Of a stretch of 64,000 nucleotides of DNA, positions 47,654-56,682 are shown piece by piece (within the stretch, counting starts at the first letter, position 1; each line of letters opens with the position of its first letter). The stretch spans positions 64,001-128,000 of the forward strand of contig CAVOXA010000006.1 in assembly GCA_963700285.1 (NCBI GenBank), read 5' to 3'. This DNA comes from an uncultured Chloroflexia bacterium. GTDB lineage: Bacteria; Chloroflexota; Anaerolineae; JAAYZQ01. The position numbers and the translations under genes were made by a program. A model generated the notes under the pieces. That model searched no databases, was not told where the DNA came from, and saw nothing but the letters and a program-made list of their open reading frames with translations.

Positions 47654-48793
47654 TCAGGTGATCTTTTTCTTAAAGAGCAGGATCGCCAGCCCCATAAAGA
47701 GAAGGCCCATGACCAGCAAGGCCAGGGCAAAGGGCCAGAGGGCATCGATGCCCTGGCCCTTGAGCATCAAGCCCCGGCCGATCATCACAAAGTGCGTGGT
47801 CGGTACCATATAGGCTTCCATCTTCATCAGCGGTTGCATGCTCGCCAGCGGGTAAAAGATGCCCGACAAAAAGAAACCCGGAAAAAAGAAGATCAGAAAG
47901 GCGCCCAGTTGCGCCGCCTGCTGGGTTTTGACAAAGACCGACAGGACCAGGGCGATGGCCAGCGACGCCAGTAAAAAGACGACGGCCAGCACCATGTACA
48001 GGGCAAAACTCCCCTTAAAGGGGGAGCTAAACCAATACACGGCCACGATGACGCATAGGACAATGGCCAGCGTTCCGCTGAGCATATAGGGCAGCAGCTT
48101 GCCCACCAGCAGCTCGGTACGACGGATAGGCGTGGCGATCAACTGCTCCATGGTGCCGTGCTCTTTCTCCTTGGTGAGCGCCATGGTGGTCGTGACCGCC
48201 GGCATGGCCATGACCATGGCGATCAACGCCGGCAAGAAGCCAATGACAGCCTTGAGCGTCGGGTTGTACCAGGTGCGCAGCCGCAGGTCCACGGGTGTGA
48301 GCAAAGCCTCGTCGACGGGCAGCCCTGCCTTTGCCGCCGCCTCGCTGACGATCTCCAGGGCGAACTGCTGCGTGTATCCGCCGATGTGCTGCAGGGCCGT
48401 GTTGGCCGTGAGCGGCTCCGTGCCTTCAACCAGAACCTGCAAGCTGGCTTCGCGTCCGGCATTCAGGTCGGCCCCAAAGCCGGGCGGGATGACGATGGCC
48501 GCCTTGGCCTCGCTGGTCATCAGCCAGTGTTCCAGGTCGTCATAGTCATCGGCCACATACTTGAGCAACACGTCGCCGGTGCCGCCCAGCCCAGCCAGAT
48601 AGCGCCGGGAGAGGATGGTTCCGTCCCGGTCCATGACCGCGACGGCCACGTTCTTGATATCCACCGTGAACGTGTAGGCCATGATGAGAAGCAGCAGCAC
48701 CGGCGAAATGGCCACCAGGATCAAGGTACCCCGGTCACGCATGATGTGGCGCGCCTCTTTGCGGATCACAGCCCAGGTTCGAAGCAGATTCAT
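47654..48793 (-). CDS. ABC-2 type permease (YbhS-like)
   Basis: KE.RHI.RD, WYNP, KEKE.GTMEQLI.TP, GK..PY, LSG..YP..SM. Confidence 0.93.
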   Translation of the reverse strand: MNLLRTWAVIRKEARHIMRDRGTLILVAISPVLLLLIMAYTFTVDIKNVAVAVMDRDGTILSRRYLAGLGGTGDVLLKYVADDYDDLEHWLMTSEAKAAIVIPPGFGADLNAGREASLQVLVEGTEPLTANTALQHIGGYTQQFALEIVSEAAAKAGLPVDEALLTPVDLRLRTWYNPTLKAVIGFLPALIAMVMAMPAVTTTMALTKEKEHGTMEQLIATPIRRTELLVGKLLPYMLSGTLAIVLCVIVAVYWFSSPFKGSFALYMVLAVVFLLASLAIALVLSVFVKTQQAAQLGAFLIFFFPGFFLSGIFYPLASMQPLMKMEAYMVPTTHFVMIGRGLMLKGQGIDALWPFALALLVMGLLFMGLAILLFKKKIT

Positions 48794-48800
48794 GGCATCC

Positions 48801-49070
48801 TTAGGACTTGATCTTGCGCATCACCCACAGGCTGATCAGACCCAGCGCAAAGGGATCGAGGGTAGAGCCGAGCACCTTGATCCAGCCGTCCTCGAAGCCA
48901 AGCGCCGGCATGAGATAGTTCCAGGTCAGAAACGACACTACAACCGTGACGACCGTGCAGACCAGGATGTCGCCCACGAGTCCATAGGGGCGCTTGCTCT
49001 TGAAGAGCATGGGCACCAGCCAACCGCCCAGAACGCCCAGCACCAAGGTCACCAGCAGGATGATCAGCAT
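48801..49070 (-). CDS. Small membrane protein (GlsB/YeaQ/YmgE transglycosylase-associated-like)
   Basis: Three TM helices, G..GGWL...., G..GDI pattern; GAGGAG RBS. Confidence 0.6.
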   Translation of the reverse strand: MLIILLVTLVLGVLGGWLVPMLFKSKRPYGLVGDILVCTVVTVVVSFLTWNYLMPALGFEDGWIKVLGSTLDPFALGLISLWVMRKIKS

Positions 49071-49091
49071 CGTTCTCCTCCTATGTCTATC

Positions 49092-49715
49092 TTATGCTCT
49101 GGCCCCGGATTGGGCCAAGAGTCCCTGCAGCAGCGCATCGGTAAATGCCTGGCTGGCCCGGACCACGTCCAGGTCTGGCTTTAACATGGCATAGGCGGCC
49201 AAGCCGTCGTAGGCGGCCATGATGGCCCACACCACACCCTCCGCGTCGACCTGGCGAAACTCACCAGACCGGATGCCATCTTCAACCAGGCCGACAAAAA
49301 GGTCCTTGTACTCGGCGAGCAGATCCATCCACAGCGCAGCGGCTTCCTCGCGACGGGGGCTCGATGCCCAGAATTCGAGGAACATGGTAAAGAGGCGAGA
49401 TCCAGACTCGGCCAGGTCCTCCATGCTGGCGGCCAGGGCCCGCAGTTTGTCCGTGGCAGTTTCGCCCAGCTCGGTAACGGCCAGCGCGCTCTCTGCCAAT
49501 TCCTCCACAAAGGACAGGATGGCCGCCGAGATAAGCTCTTCCTTGCTCTCAAAGTACCAGTAGATGGTTCCCTGGCTGACTCCGGCCTGGGCCGCGACAT
49601 CGGACACGTTGGACGCGTAAAAGCCCTTCTCGCCGAACACGGCGAGGGCGGCATCCAGAATCTGCTTGCGGCGCTCTTCCCGCTGTTGCTCGCGTTTGGT
49701 CATGGATTCAGTCAT
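49092..49715 (-). CDS. TetR/AcrR-family transcriptional regulator
   Basis: RRKQILDAA..VF.EKGF...VSDVA.QAGVS.GTIYWYF.SKEEL. Confidence 0.95.
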   Translation of the reverse strand: MTESMTKREQQREERRKQILDAALAVFGEKGFYASNVSDVAAQAGVSQGTIYWYFESKEELISAAILSFVEELAESALAVTELGETATDKLRALAASMEDLAESGSRLFTMFLEFWASSPRREEAAALWMDLLAEYKDLFVGLVEDGIRSGEFRQVDAEGVVWAIMAAYDGLAAYAMLKPDLDVVRASQAFTDALLQGLLAQSGARA

Positions 49716-49741
49716 AGACGTCCCTCCGTGATTGGATCCAA

Positions 49742-49792
49742 ACTGACTGACTGGTCAATCAGTATTGTACCACGATCTTGTGCCGTTGTCAA
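49742..49792 (-). promoter_or_regulatory. sigma70 promoter with adjacent palindromic operator
   Basis: Minus strand TTGACA(49792-49787)-N17-TACAAT(49769-49764); ACTGACTGAC-TG-GTCAATCAGT palindrome at 49742-49763. Confidence 0.8.
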
Positions 49793-49904
49793 GTAGCTGG
49801 TATGCCTTGCGGCGTAGCGGTTTCGGTGGAAGTCAGGCTGAGAGGGGTGACCTAGAACCAGACTTCGGAATTCTTCCGAGAATTCGGAAGTCGTTCGGGG
49901 GCGA

Positions 49905-50669
49905 TCAGAGCCCTTGGGTGAGGATCAGCGCGAGCACCATGCAGGCGCAGGCCACCAGAAAAAGCAACAGCCCCAGCAGCAGCCAACTCGGCAGCAGCGC
50001 CCTGGCGGTGACCTCGCCGCGCAGGTCCTTGCGCTGCCTGGTCAGGGACTGAACCCGCAGCAGCAGGGGGTAGCTACGCTCGCCGCCAAGGTATGGGCGC
50101 TGGCGAGGCCAGGCCCGGAACTGGGCCGCGGCTTCCTGCCCAGGGGCCAAGGACAACGTCGGCGGCTGCGGCTGCTCAAAATCGAGTTCGTGATTCAGAC
50201 TCTGGCAGGTCAACGCAAAAACATCCTGCATATTCCCACGGTTCTGCACCGTCACCCGAAACGGCTGTCCTGCAGCCTGCCAGTCCGGGTACAAACGCGT
50301 TCCGAACTCGCAAAAGACTCCCACGGTCAGGACACAGTCCGCCGTCGCCGCCTGGCCGGGAGCGGCAGACTGGCTCTGCGCACGGATCGTGATGCTCCGC
50401 CGGCCAGCCTTGCTCGCAAAGTGGCGCGGCGGCTGGATGGTGAGGGAAGCCTCCCTCTGCTCCCCGGCCGGAACGACCACGAAAGGGGAAGGGGTTGAGA
50501 CCCAGCCCTCAGGCACACCCACCACCGAGAGGTTGTAGGCGTCATCAGCCGGGCCATTGTTGGCCACAATGGGTGCCAGGGTCGTACTGCCCCCCGGTTC
50601 CACCGTGTATTCGGTTGACACAAGGTGCAGGCCGATCCAGCCCGCCGGTGCTCTGCCAGCTTCCGCCAT
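49905..50669 (-). CDS. Hypothetical protein with two Ig-like (COG1470-type) repeats and a C-terminal TM anchor
   Basis: V.N.G...D.Y.L.V.G.P.GW and V.N.GN..D.F.L repeats; hydrophobic C-terminus. Confidence 0.65.
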   Translation of the reverse strand: MAEAGRAPAGWIGLHLVSTEYTVEPGGSTTLAPIVANNGPADDAYNLSVVGVPEGWVSTPSPFVVVPAGEQREASLTIQPPRHFASKAGRRSITIRAQSQSAAPGQAATADCVLTVGVFCEFGTRLYPDWQAAGQPFRVTVQNRGNMQDVFALTCQSLNHELDFEQPQPPTLSLAPGQEAAAQFRAWPRQRPYLGGERSYPLLLRVQSLTRQRKDLRGEVTARALLPSWLLLGLLLFLVACACMVLALILTQGL

Positions 50670-50770
50670 TGTGATCCCCTCTTGCGTTGTTCGGCCATGC
50701 GGCCCCGCATCATTTTATCACAGAGCGCCAAGCCTGTCAGATTGGACCACTGCCCGTTCCACAGCAGCCC

Positions 50771-50908
50771 TGGATAGCCGCCTACGCGGGAACGACAAGT
50801 TGCGGGACGGCGTTGGCCTGTCATGCCCGCGCAGGCGGGAATCCATTCTCGCCAAGCCGGTGGATTCCCGCCTGCGCGGGAACGACAAGTTGCGGGACGG
50901 CGTCGGCG
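50771..50908. repeat. Family-A REP-like cluster with duplicated unit
   Basis: Two copies of GGAT..CCGCCT.CGCGGGAACGACAAGTTGCGGGACGGCGT flanking an inverted GTCATGCCCGCGCAGGCGGGAATCCA. Confidence 0.85.
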
Positions 50909-50921
50909 AGCACAAAAACTC

Positions 50922-50971
50922 TTGACACGGCGTGGCATTCATGGTATAATGACCCTCAGTCAGTTACTGAC
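50922..50971 (+). promoter_or_regulatory. Consensus sigma70 promoter plus palindromic operator for the beta-oxidation operon
   Basis: TTGACA-N17-TATAAT (50922-50950) with TG extension; GTCAGT-T-ACTGAC at 50959-50971. Confidence 0.8.
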
Positions 50972-51009
50972 CGGTAGTTCGGTACCTGAGCGAAGGAGGG
51001 AGTGGAGGC

Positions 51010-51663
51010 GTGAGCACAGCGGAGCGACGAGCCCGTGACAAAGCTCGGCGCCGCCGGGAGATCCTTCAAGCCGCCCGGCTCGAGTTCTTTGAGCGCGGGT
51101 TTCACGATCCTACCGTGGACGACGTGGCGGCCCGGGCCCAGGTCAGCAAAGGCACCATCTACCTGTATTTTGTGAGCAAGGAGGAGATCCTTGCTCATTT
51201 GCTTTTGGAGGGCCTGGACCTGCTCCTGAACGACATGGAGGCCGCCCGCGAGCGCCAGCCTCCCCTGCCGCCCGAGCCCGCCCTGCGGTCCATGGCCGTC
51301 GCCTATCTGAGGTTCTGCCAGTCACATCCCAACTACTTCCGGCTTATCATGGCCTTTGATCGGGGACGATTCGAAGAATCGATCTCCGCCAAGCTGTACC
51401 AGCAGGTGCTGGATCAGAGCCTGCTGGGGCTCGAATTGGTGGCGCAGACCATCGAGGCCGGGTCGCTGTCCGGGACCTTCCGCACGGCCGATCCATGGCA
51501 GGCTGCCGGTTCCACTTGGGCCGCCCTGAACGGCGTCTTGGTCCTCATGGCCCACCCCTTGCGCCGGCAGCTGCTCAAGACCGATCTGGAAACCATGTTT
51601 CTGGCCACCCTGGACCTGGTGGTCACGGGGCTCAAGGCGGACCTTGGGGCGCCGTCAGGATAA
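51010..51663 (+). CDS. TetR-family regulator (probable fatty-acid degradation regulator)
   Basis: IL.AA...F.ERGF...TVDDVA.RA.VSKGTIYLYF.SKEE; heads the operon. Confidence 0.93.
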   Translation: MSTAERRARDKARRRREILQAARLEFFERGFHDPTVDDVAARAQVSKGTIYLYFVSKEEILAHLLLEGLDLLLNDMEAARERQPPLPPEPALRSMAVAYLRFCQSHPNYFRLIMAFDRGRFEESISAKLYQQVLDQSLLGLELVAQTIEAGSLSGTFRTADPWQAAGSTWAALNGVLVLMAHPLRRQLLKTDLETMFLATLDLVVTGLKADLGAPSG

Positions 51664-51684
51664 TCTCAGCAAGGAGGAGGGTAC

Positions 51685-52884
51685 ATGGAAAAAGTTGTCA
51701 TCGTCGGAGGCGTGCGGACGCCCATCGGCAGCCATGGGGGAGCCTTTCGCACACTCACAGCACAACACCTGGCCAGCCTTGTATTTCGAGAAGTGGTCAA
51801 CCGCGTTGGCATCGACGCCAACATCCTGGACGACGTGATCCTGGGCTGCATCGGCCAGCAGAGCGACGCGCCCAACATTGGCCGGGTGGCGGGCTTGCTG
51901 GCCGGCATTCCGGTACACGTGCCCGGCTACACCGTACAGCGCAACTGCGTGTCAGGCATGGTGGCCATCACCTCCGCCTGCCAGGCCATCCAGGCCGGCG
52001 ACGGCCAGGCTTTCCTCTGCGGCGGCGTCGAAAGCATGAGCACCTCGCCCTACGTCGTGCGTGGGGCCCGCTGGGGGCTCAAGCTGCGCCACGACACTTT
52101 TGTCGACACCCTGTGGGAAGGGCTGACCGATCCGGTCTGCGGCCTGATGATGGGCGCCACGGCGGAGAACCTGGCCATGATGTACAACATCAGCCAGCAG
52201 GAGCAGGACAAGTTCGCCGTCATGAGCCACAAGAAGGCATTCCGCGCGACGCGCATGGGTCGTTTTCGCGACGAGATTGTACCGGTACGGGTGAGCAAAA
52301 AGGTAGCCGGCCAGGAAGTCGCCTACGAGGACATTGTCCAGGACGAGTGCATCAACCCCACGCTCAATGAGCGCAAGGCCGCCTTGTATCCCACCGTCTT
52401 TAAGAAAGGCGGCTCGGTGACGCCGGCTAACGCCTGCCCCATCAGCGATGGGGCTGCGGCAGTCGTCGTCATGACCGCCGGCCGGGCCGAGGCGTTGGGG
52501 CTGGAACCACTGGCCAGCATCCGAAGCTATGCCTATGCCGCCCTTCCGCCAGAGATCATGGGCCTGGGACCGGCGGTCTCGGTACCCAAGGCGCTGCAGA
52601 AGGCCGGCCTCAAACTGGAGGACATCGACCTCATCGAACTGAACGAGGCATTTGCCGCCCAGGCCATTGCGGTGGGCATGGAACTGGAGAGCCAGGGGTG
52701 GGATTGGAACAAGGTGAACGTCAACGGCGGCGCCATCGCCCTGGGGCACCCGGTGGGCTGCACCGGCGCGCGGATCATGGTCACCCTGCTCAACGAGATG
52801 ATCAAGCGGGACGTGGCCCTGGGCCTGATTGCAGCCTGCGTGGGCGGCGGCATGGGCGGTACCATCATCGTCGAGCGGACATAG
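51685..52884 (+). CDS. Thiolase (acetyl-CoA C-acyltransferase)
   Basis: RTPIG, RNCVSG, GGVESMS, NEAFA, NGGAIALGHPVG.TG, CVGGGMG. Confidence 0.97.
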   Translation: MEKVVIVGGVRTPIGSHGGAFRTLTAQHLASLVFREVVNRVGIDANILDDVILGCIGQQSDAPNIGRVAGLLAGIPVHVPGYTVQRNCVSGMVAITSACQAIQAGDGQAFLCGGVESMSTSPYVVRGARWGLKLRHDTFVDTLWEGLTDPVCGLMMGATAENLAMMYNISQQEQDKFAVMSHKKAFRATRMGRFRDEIVPVRVSKKVAGQEVAYEDIVQDECINPTLNERKAALYPTVFKKGGSVTPANACPISDGAAAVVVMTAGRAEALGLEPLASIRSYAYAALPPEIMGLGPAVSVPKALQKAGLKLEDIDLIELNEAFAAQAIAVGMELESQGWDWNKVNVNGGAIALGHPVGCTGARIMVTLLNEMIKRDVALGLIAACVGGGMGGTIIVERT

Positions 52885-52894
52885 GGGGTGGGGG

Positions 52895-53155
52895 ATGGCA
52901 GACGTTGCAATGTGGCAGGACAAGCAGGTGCGAGCCGCCTTTGAAGCCAAGGCCCGGGCGCGCCTGGATGAGCTTCAGGGCGAAATAGAGGGCAAGGAAG
53001 GTATCGTGGCCATCGAGCCGGAGAGCGGCGACTTTGTTATCGGAGACACACTTTGCCAGGCAAACGCGGCCGCGTTTGTCCGCTACCCCGACACGTGGCT
53101 TTATTTCGCCCGGCTGGACAATACCGAGGCGGCCATCGCCCTGCCAACGTGGTAG
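52895..53155 (+). CDS. Small hypothetical protein (DUF5678-like)
   Basis: IVAIEPESGDF.IG......A...YPD...YF.R pattern; 86 aa. Confidence 0.55.
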   Translation: MADVAMWQDKQVRAAFEAKARARLDELQGEIEGKEGIVAIEPESGDFVIGDTLCQANAAAFVRYPDTWLYFARLDNTEAAIALPTW

Positions 53156-53281
53156 ACGGGACTCGACGTGGCGTTTGGGTTGTACGCTGAATATCTGATC
53201 CCTTGGGAGCCAAGTGGGACGTGTTGCGTGTTGCGTACTTTGTTCAGGCTCACCTACTAGAAAGCAGATAGGGAGGACAGC

Positions 53282-54526
53282 ATGTGGATTTTCAAGGTAG
53301 GCGTGGTCGGCGCCGGGGCTATGGGCGGTGGGATCGGCCAGGTGGTCACCTACGCCGGGCTGCCTGTGGTGATCAAGGATATTGACCAGGGCCAGCTCGA
53401 CGTGGCCCGCAAGCACGTCGAGGGCATCTACCAGAGCCGTGTCGACAAGGGCAAAATGACCGCCGGCCAGGTCCAGGAAAAGCTGGACCTCGTCGAGTAT
53501 ACGCTGGATTACGATGACTTTGCCGACGTGGACATTGTCATCGAGGCCGTTCCCGAGGTGATGGAGATCAAACAGCGGGTGTTCCGAGAGCTAGACGGAA
53601 TCTGTCCGCCGGACACCATCTTTGCCTCCAACACCTCGGCCCTGTCCATCACCGAAATCGGCGCGGCCACCGGCCGCCCACAGCGGATGATCGGCATGCA
53701 CTTTTTCAACCCGGCCCACGTCATGAAACTCGTAGAGATCATCCCCGGGGCCGATACGGACCAGGACACCCTGGACACGGTAGAGCAGTTTGCCCAGGAA
53801 CTGCGCAAGATCCCCGTCATCGTCCAAGAATGCCCAGGATTCCTTGTGAACCGCCTGCTAATGCCCTACCTGAACGAGGCGGCCCTCACCGTGGAACAGG
53901 GCGCGGCCAGCGCCCAGGAGGTGGACGAAGCCATGGGGCGCGGCGGCTTTGGCTGGCCCATGGGCCCCTTTTTCCTGATGGACATGCTGGGCATCGACGT
54001 CTGCACCCACGTTGGCGAATACCTTTATTCCCAATACGGGGATCGGGTCGCGCCGGCCAAGCTCTTCCGCGAGTTGTTGACAGCGGGCCGTCTTGGTGAA
54101 AAATCGGGCGCAGGCTTTTATGTCTACTCCAGTCCCGACGCTGAGCCTCTGGAGGAGATCGTCCAACGCATGCAGGACACCGGCGAGGTCGAGACCGGTT
54201 CCGCCTACAGCCCGGAGCGCCTGATCATGCCCTTTCTCAACGAAGCAGCCCTCTGTGTGGAGGAAGAGATCGCCAACGTCAACGACATCGACATGGCTTG
54301 CATCGCCGGGCTTGGCATGCAGGTGGCTCAAGACGGCGAACTCGTGCGCATGGGCCCGCTGGAGTACATGGACGAGCTGGGCCTGGATGCCGTTCTGGAA
54401 AAGTTGGAGGAGCTGGAGGCGGAGCTGGGTTCGCGCTTCCACCCCGTCGACATCCTGATCCAGAAGGTGCGCGCCGGGCATCTGGGGAAAAAGACCGGGC
54501 TGGGGTTCAAGGAGTATAGTGTGTAG
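53282..54526 (+). CDS. 3-hydroxyacyl-CoA dehydrogenase with duplicated C-terminal domain
   Basis: GAGAMGGGI, IEAVPE...K, SNTS.LSI, GMHFFNP, PGFLVNRL; two PMGP/MGP...G.K.G.GF C-domains. Confidence 0.95.
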   Translation: MWIFKVGVVGAGAMGGGIGQVVTYAGLPVVIKDIDQGQLDVARKHVEGIYQSRVDKGKMTAGQVQEKLDLVEYTLDYDDFADVDIVIEAVPEVMEIKQRVFRELDGICPPDTIFASNTSALSITEIGAATGRPQRMIGMHFFNPAHVMKLVEIIPGADTDQDTLDTVEQFAQELRKIPVIVQECPGFLVNRLLMPYLNEAALTVEQGAASAQEVDEAMGRGGFGWPMGPFFLMDMLGIDVCTHVGEYLYSQYGDRVAPAKLFRELLTAGRLGEKSGAGFYVYSSPDAEPLEEIVQRMQDTGEVETGSAYSPERLIMPFLNEAALCVEEEIANVNDIDMACIAGLGMQVAQDGELVRMGPLEYMDELGLDAVLEKLEELEAELGSRFHPVDILIQKVRAGHLGKKTGLGFKEYSV

Positions 54527-54604
54527 GTCGTGGTACGTGTATCGCAGCGCGCAACTCGTGGTACGTGGTGCGTGTTGCGTGGTGCGTCTGAAAAGGAGAG
54601 AAGC

Positions 54605-55390
54605 GTGAGCGACTACCAGAACGTCAAATGGAACATCGAGGGGCGTACCGGGATCATTACCATCGATCACCCGCCGGCCAATGCCCTGGACCGTCAGACC
54701 GTAGAAGAACTGTCGGCCCTGTTTTCCACAGCGATGGAGGAGGCCCAGGTCAAGGTGATCATTATCACCGGGGCGGGTCAGTTTTTTGGCGCCGGCGCCG
54801 ACATCAACGAGATTGTCGAGCTCAAGGCCTACGATCAGGCCTACGAAATCGTGCGCGAGGGGCAGGTGTTCTTCTCAAGGATCGAAAAGGCGCCCAAGCC
54901 CGTGATCGCTGCCATCAACGGCCGCTTTTGCCTGGGCGGCCTGAACGAACTGGCCATGGCCTGCCATCTCCGGCTGGCAGAGGACAGCGTGCAATTTGGC
55001 CAGCCGGAGATCAAGCTGGGCATCATGCCCGGCTTTGGGGGAACGCAGAGGCTGCCCCGCCTGGTGGGCAAGGGCAGGGCCCTGGAGATCCTGCTCGGCG
55101 GCGGCAATATCAAGGCCCAGGAAGCCTATCGTATCGGCCTGGTGAACAAGGTGGTTCCGGTTGGTACCGTGCTCCGGGAGGCCAAGCGCTGGGCCAAGGC
55201 TCTGTCCATGTGGGGCGGCGTGGCCATGGCCACCATCCTCCAGGCTGTGAATGAAGGGCTGGAGATGACACTGGACGAGGGGCTGGAGCGGGAGGCAGAG
55301 CTTTTTGCCGGCCTGACGGATACCGAGGACATGTACGAGGGCCTGGCCGCGTTCCTGGAAAAGCGCCGGCCCCAGTTTCAGGACAAGTAA
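54605..55390 (+). CDS. Enoyl-CoA hydratase/isomerase (crotonase)
   Basis: PPANAL, AGADI.E, KPVIAAING...GG..ELAMAC, FGQPEI.LG..PG.GGTQRLPRLVG. Confidence 0.95.
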   Translation: MSDYQNVKWNIEGRTGIITIDHPPANALDRQTVEELSALFSTAMEEAQVKVIIITGAGQFFGAGADINEIVELKAYDQAYEIVREGQVFFSRIEKAPKPVIAAINGRFCLGGLNELAMACHLRLAEDSVQFGQPEIKLGIMPGFGGTQRLPRLVGKGRALEILLGGGNIKAQEAYRIGLVNKVVPVGTVLREAKRWAKALSMWGGVAMATILQAVNEGLEMTLDEGLEREAELFAGLTDTEDMYEGLAAFLEKRRPQFQDK

Positions 55391-55496
55391 CGGGCACAGG
55401 TAGGGGACTTGCAGGCTTGTTGCCGCCGGCCACGGGCTGGCTGCGAGCACCGAGGAAGCGGAGTCAGGGCGAGGGCTCCAGCGCAAGGAGGGACCC

Positions 55497-56645
55497 GTGG
55501 ATTTTACCTTGAACGAAGACCAACAGATGTTCCGCAAGATGTTTGTCGATTTTTGTACCAAGGAGATCCGGCCCCAGGGCGAGCAGATCGACCAGAGCGA
55601 GGAGCCGCCCCTCGACCTCCTAGACAAGGCCGTCGATCAGGGATTCTGGGCGGCCCTTGTCCCTGAAGAGCTGGACGGTGCGGGCCTCGACGTCTACACC
55701 TATATGCTCATGCTGGAAGAGCTGGCCCGGGCGGACCTATCCACGGCCATGATCCTCAGCGTACACAACAGCCTGGTGGTAAAGCCGCTTCTGGAACATG
55801 GCAGCGAGAGCCAGAAAGACTACTACCTGGAGGCGCTGGCCTTTGGCACAATGCTGGGCGCCTTTGCCCTGACCGAGCCGGGAGCGGGTTCGGACGCTTT
55901 GGCTATTCAGGCCACAGCCAGCCGGCAGAACGGCGACTATTCGCTGGACGGGACCAAGATCTGGGTCTGCAATGGCGCCCATGCCGGCCTCATCCTGCTC
56001 ATCGCCCGGGCCGAGGGCGGCGCGACTGCCTTTCTGCTCGAAGCGGGCATGCCCGGCCTGAAAATCGGCTATCGAGAGAAAACGCTGGGCTTGCGGGGCG
56101 TATCCTGCAACACCCTGTACCTGGACGCCGTGCGGGTGCCGGCTGCCAATCGCCTGGGCGAGGAGGGACAGGGCCTGACCATCGCCTGCCAGGCGCTGGA
56201 CCTGAGCCGGCTGGGCATGGCGGCCCTGGCGCTGGGCGCCTCGGAACGCGCCCTGGAGGAAGCCGTGCAGTTCTCCCTGGAGCACGTGCAATTCGGTGTA
56301 CCCATTGCCCAGAAGCAAGCGATCCAGAACTATGTCGCCGATGCCAAGGTCCAGATCGAGGCCCTGCGCTGCCTGGTGGCTCACACCGCCTGGCTGGCCC
56401 AGTCGGGACAGGCTTTCTCGGTCCAGGCGTCCATCGCCAAACTGTTTGGCTCTCGAACCGCCCGCGCCATCACCGACAGGATGCTCCAGGTTCACGGCGG
56501 CTACGGCTACATGAAAGAGTATGCCATCGAACGCTACTACCGCGACTGCCGCGCCCTGGAGATCGTAGAAGGCTCCAGCCAGATCCAGCAGTTCCTCATT
56601 GCCCGCGACCTGTACCGAGCCGAGGGGCTAGAGATCAAGCCCTAG
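55497..56645 (+). CDS. Acyl-CoA dehydrogenase
   Basis: FALTEPGAGSD, GTK.WV.N, LGLRG, QVHGGYGY..EY.IERYYRD, EIVEGSS.IQ. Confidence 0.95.
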   Translation: MDFTLNEDQQMFRKMFVDFCTKEIRPQGEQIDQSEEPPLDLLDKAVDQGFWAALVPEELDGAGLDVYTYMLMLEELARADLSTAMILSVHNSLVVKPLLEHGSESQKDYYLEALAFGTMLGAFALTEPGAGSDALAIQATASRQNGDYSLDGTKIWVCNGAHAGLILLIARAEGGATAFLLEAGMPGLKIGYREKTLGLRGVSCNTLYLDAVRVPAANRLGEEGQGLTIACQALDLSRLGMAALALGASERALEEAVQFSLEHVQFGVPIAQKQAIQNYVADAKVQIEALRCLVAHTAWLAQSGQAFSVQASIAKLFGSRTARAITDRMLQVHGGYGYMKEYAIERYYRDCRALEIVEGSSQIQQFLIARDLYRAEGLEIKP

Positions 56646-56682
56646 AGCAAGCCAGCAGGCAGATTCAGAAGGAGCCGGGACC

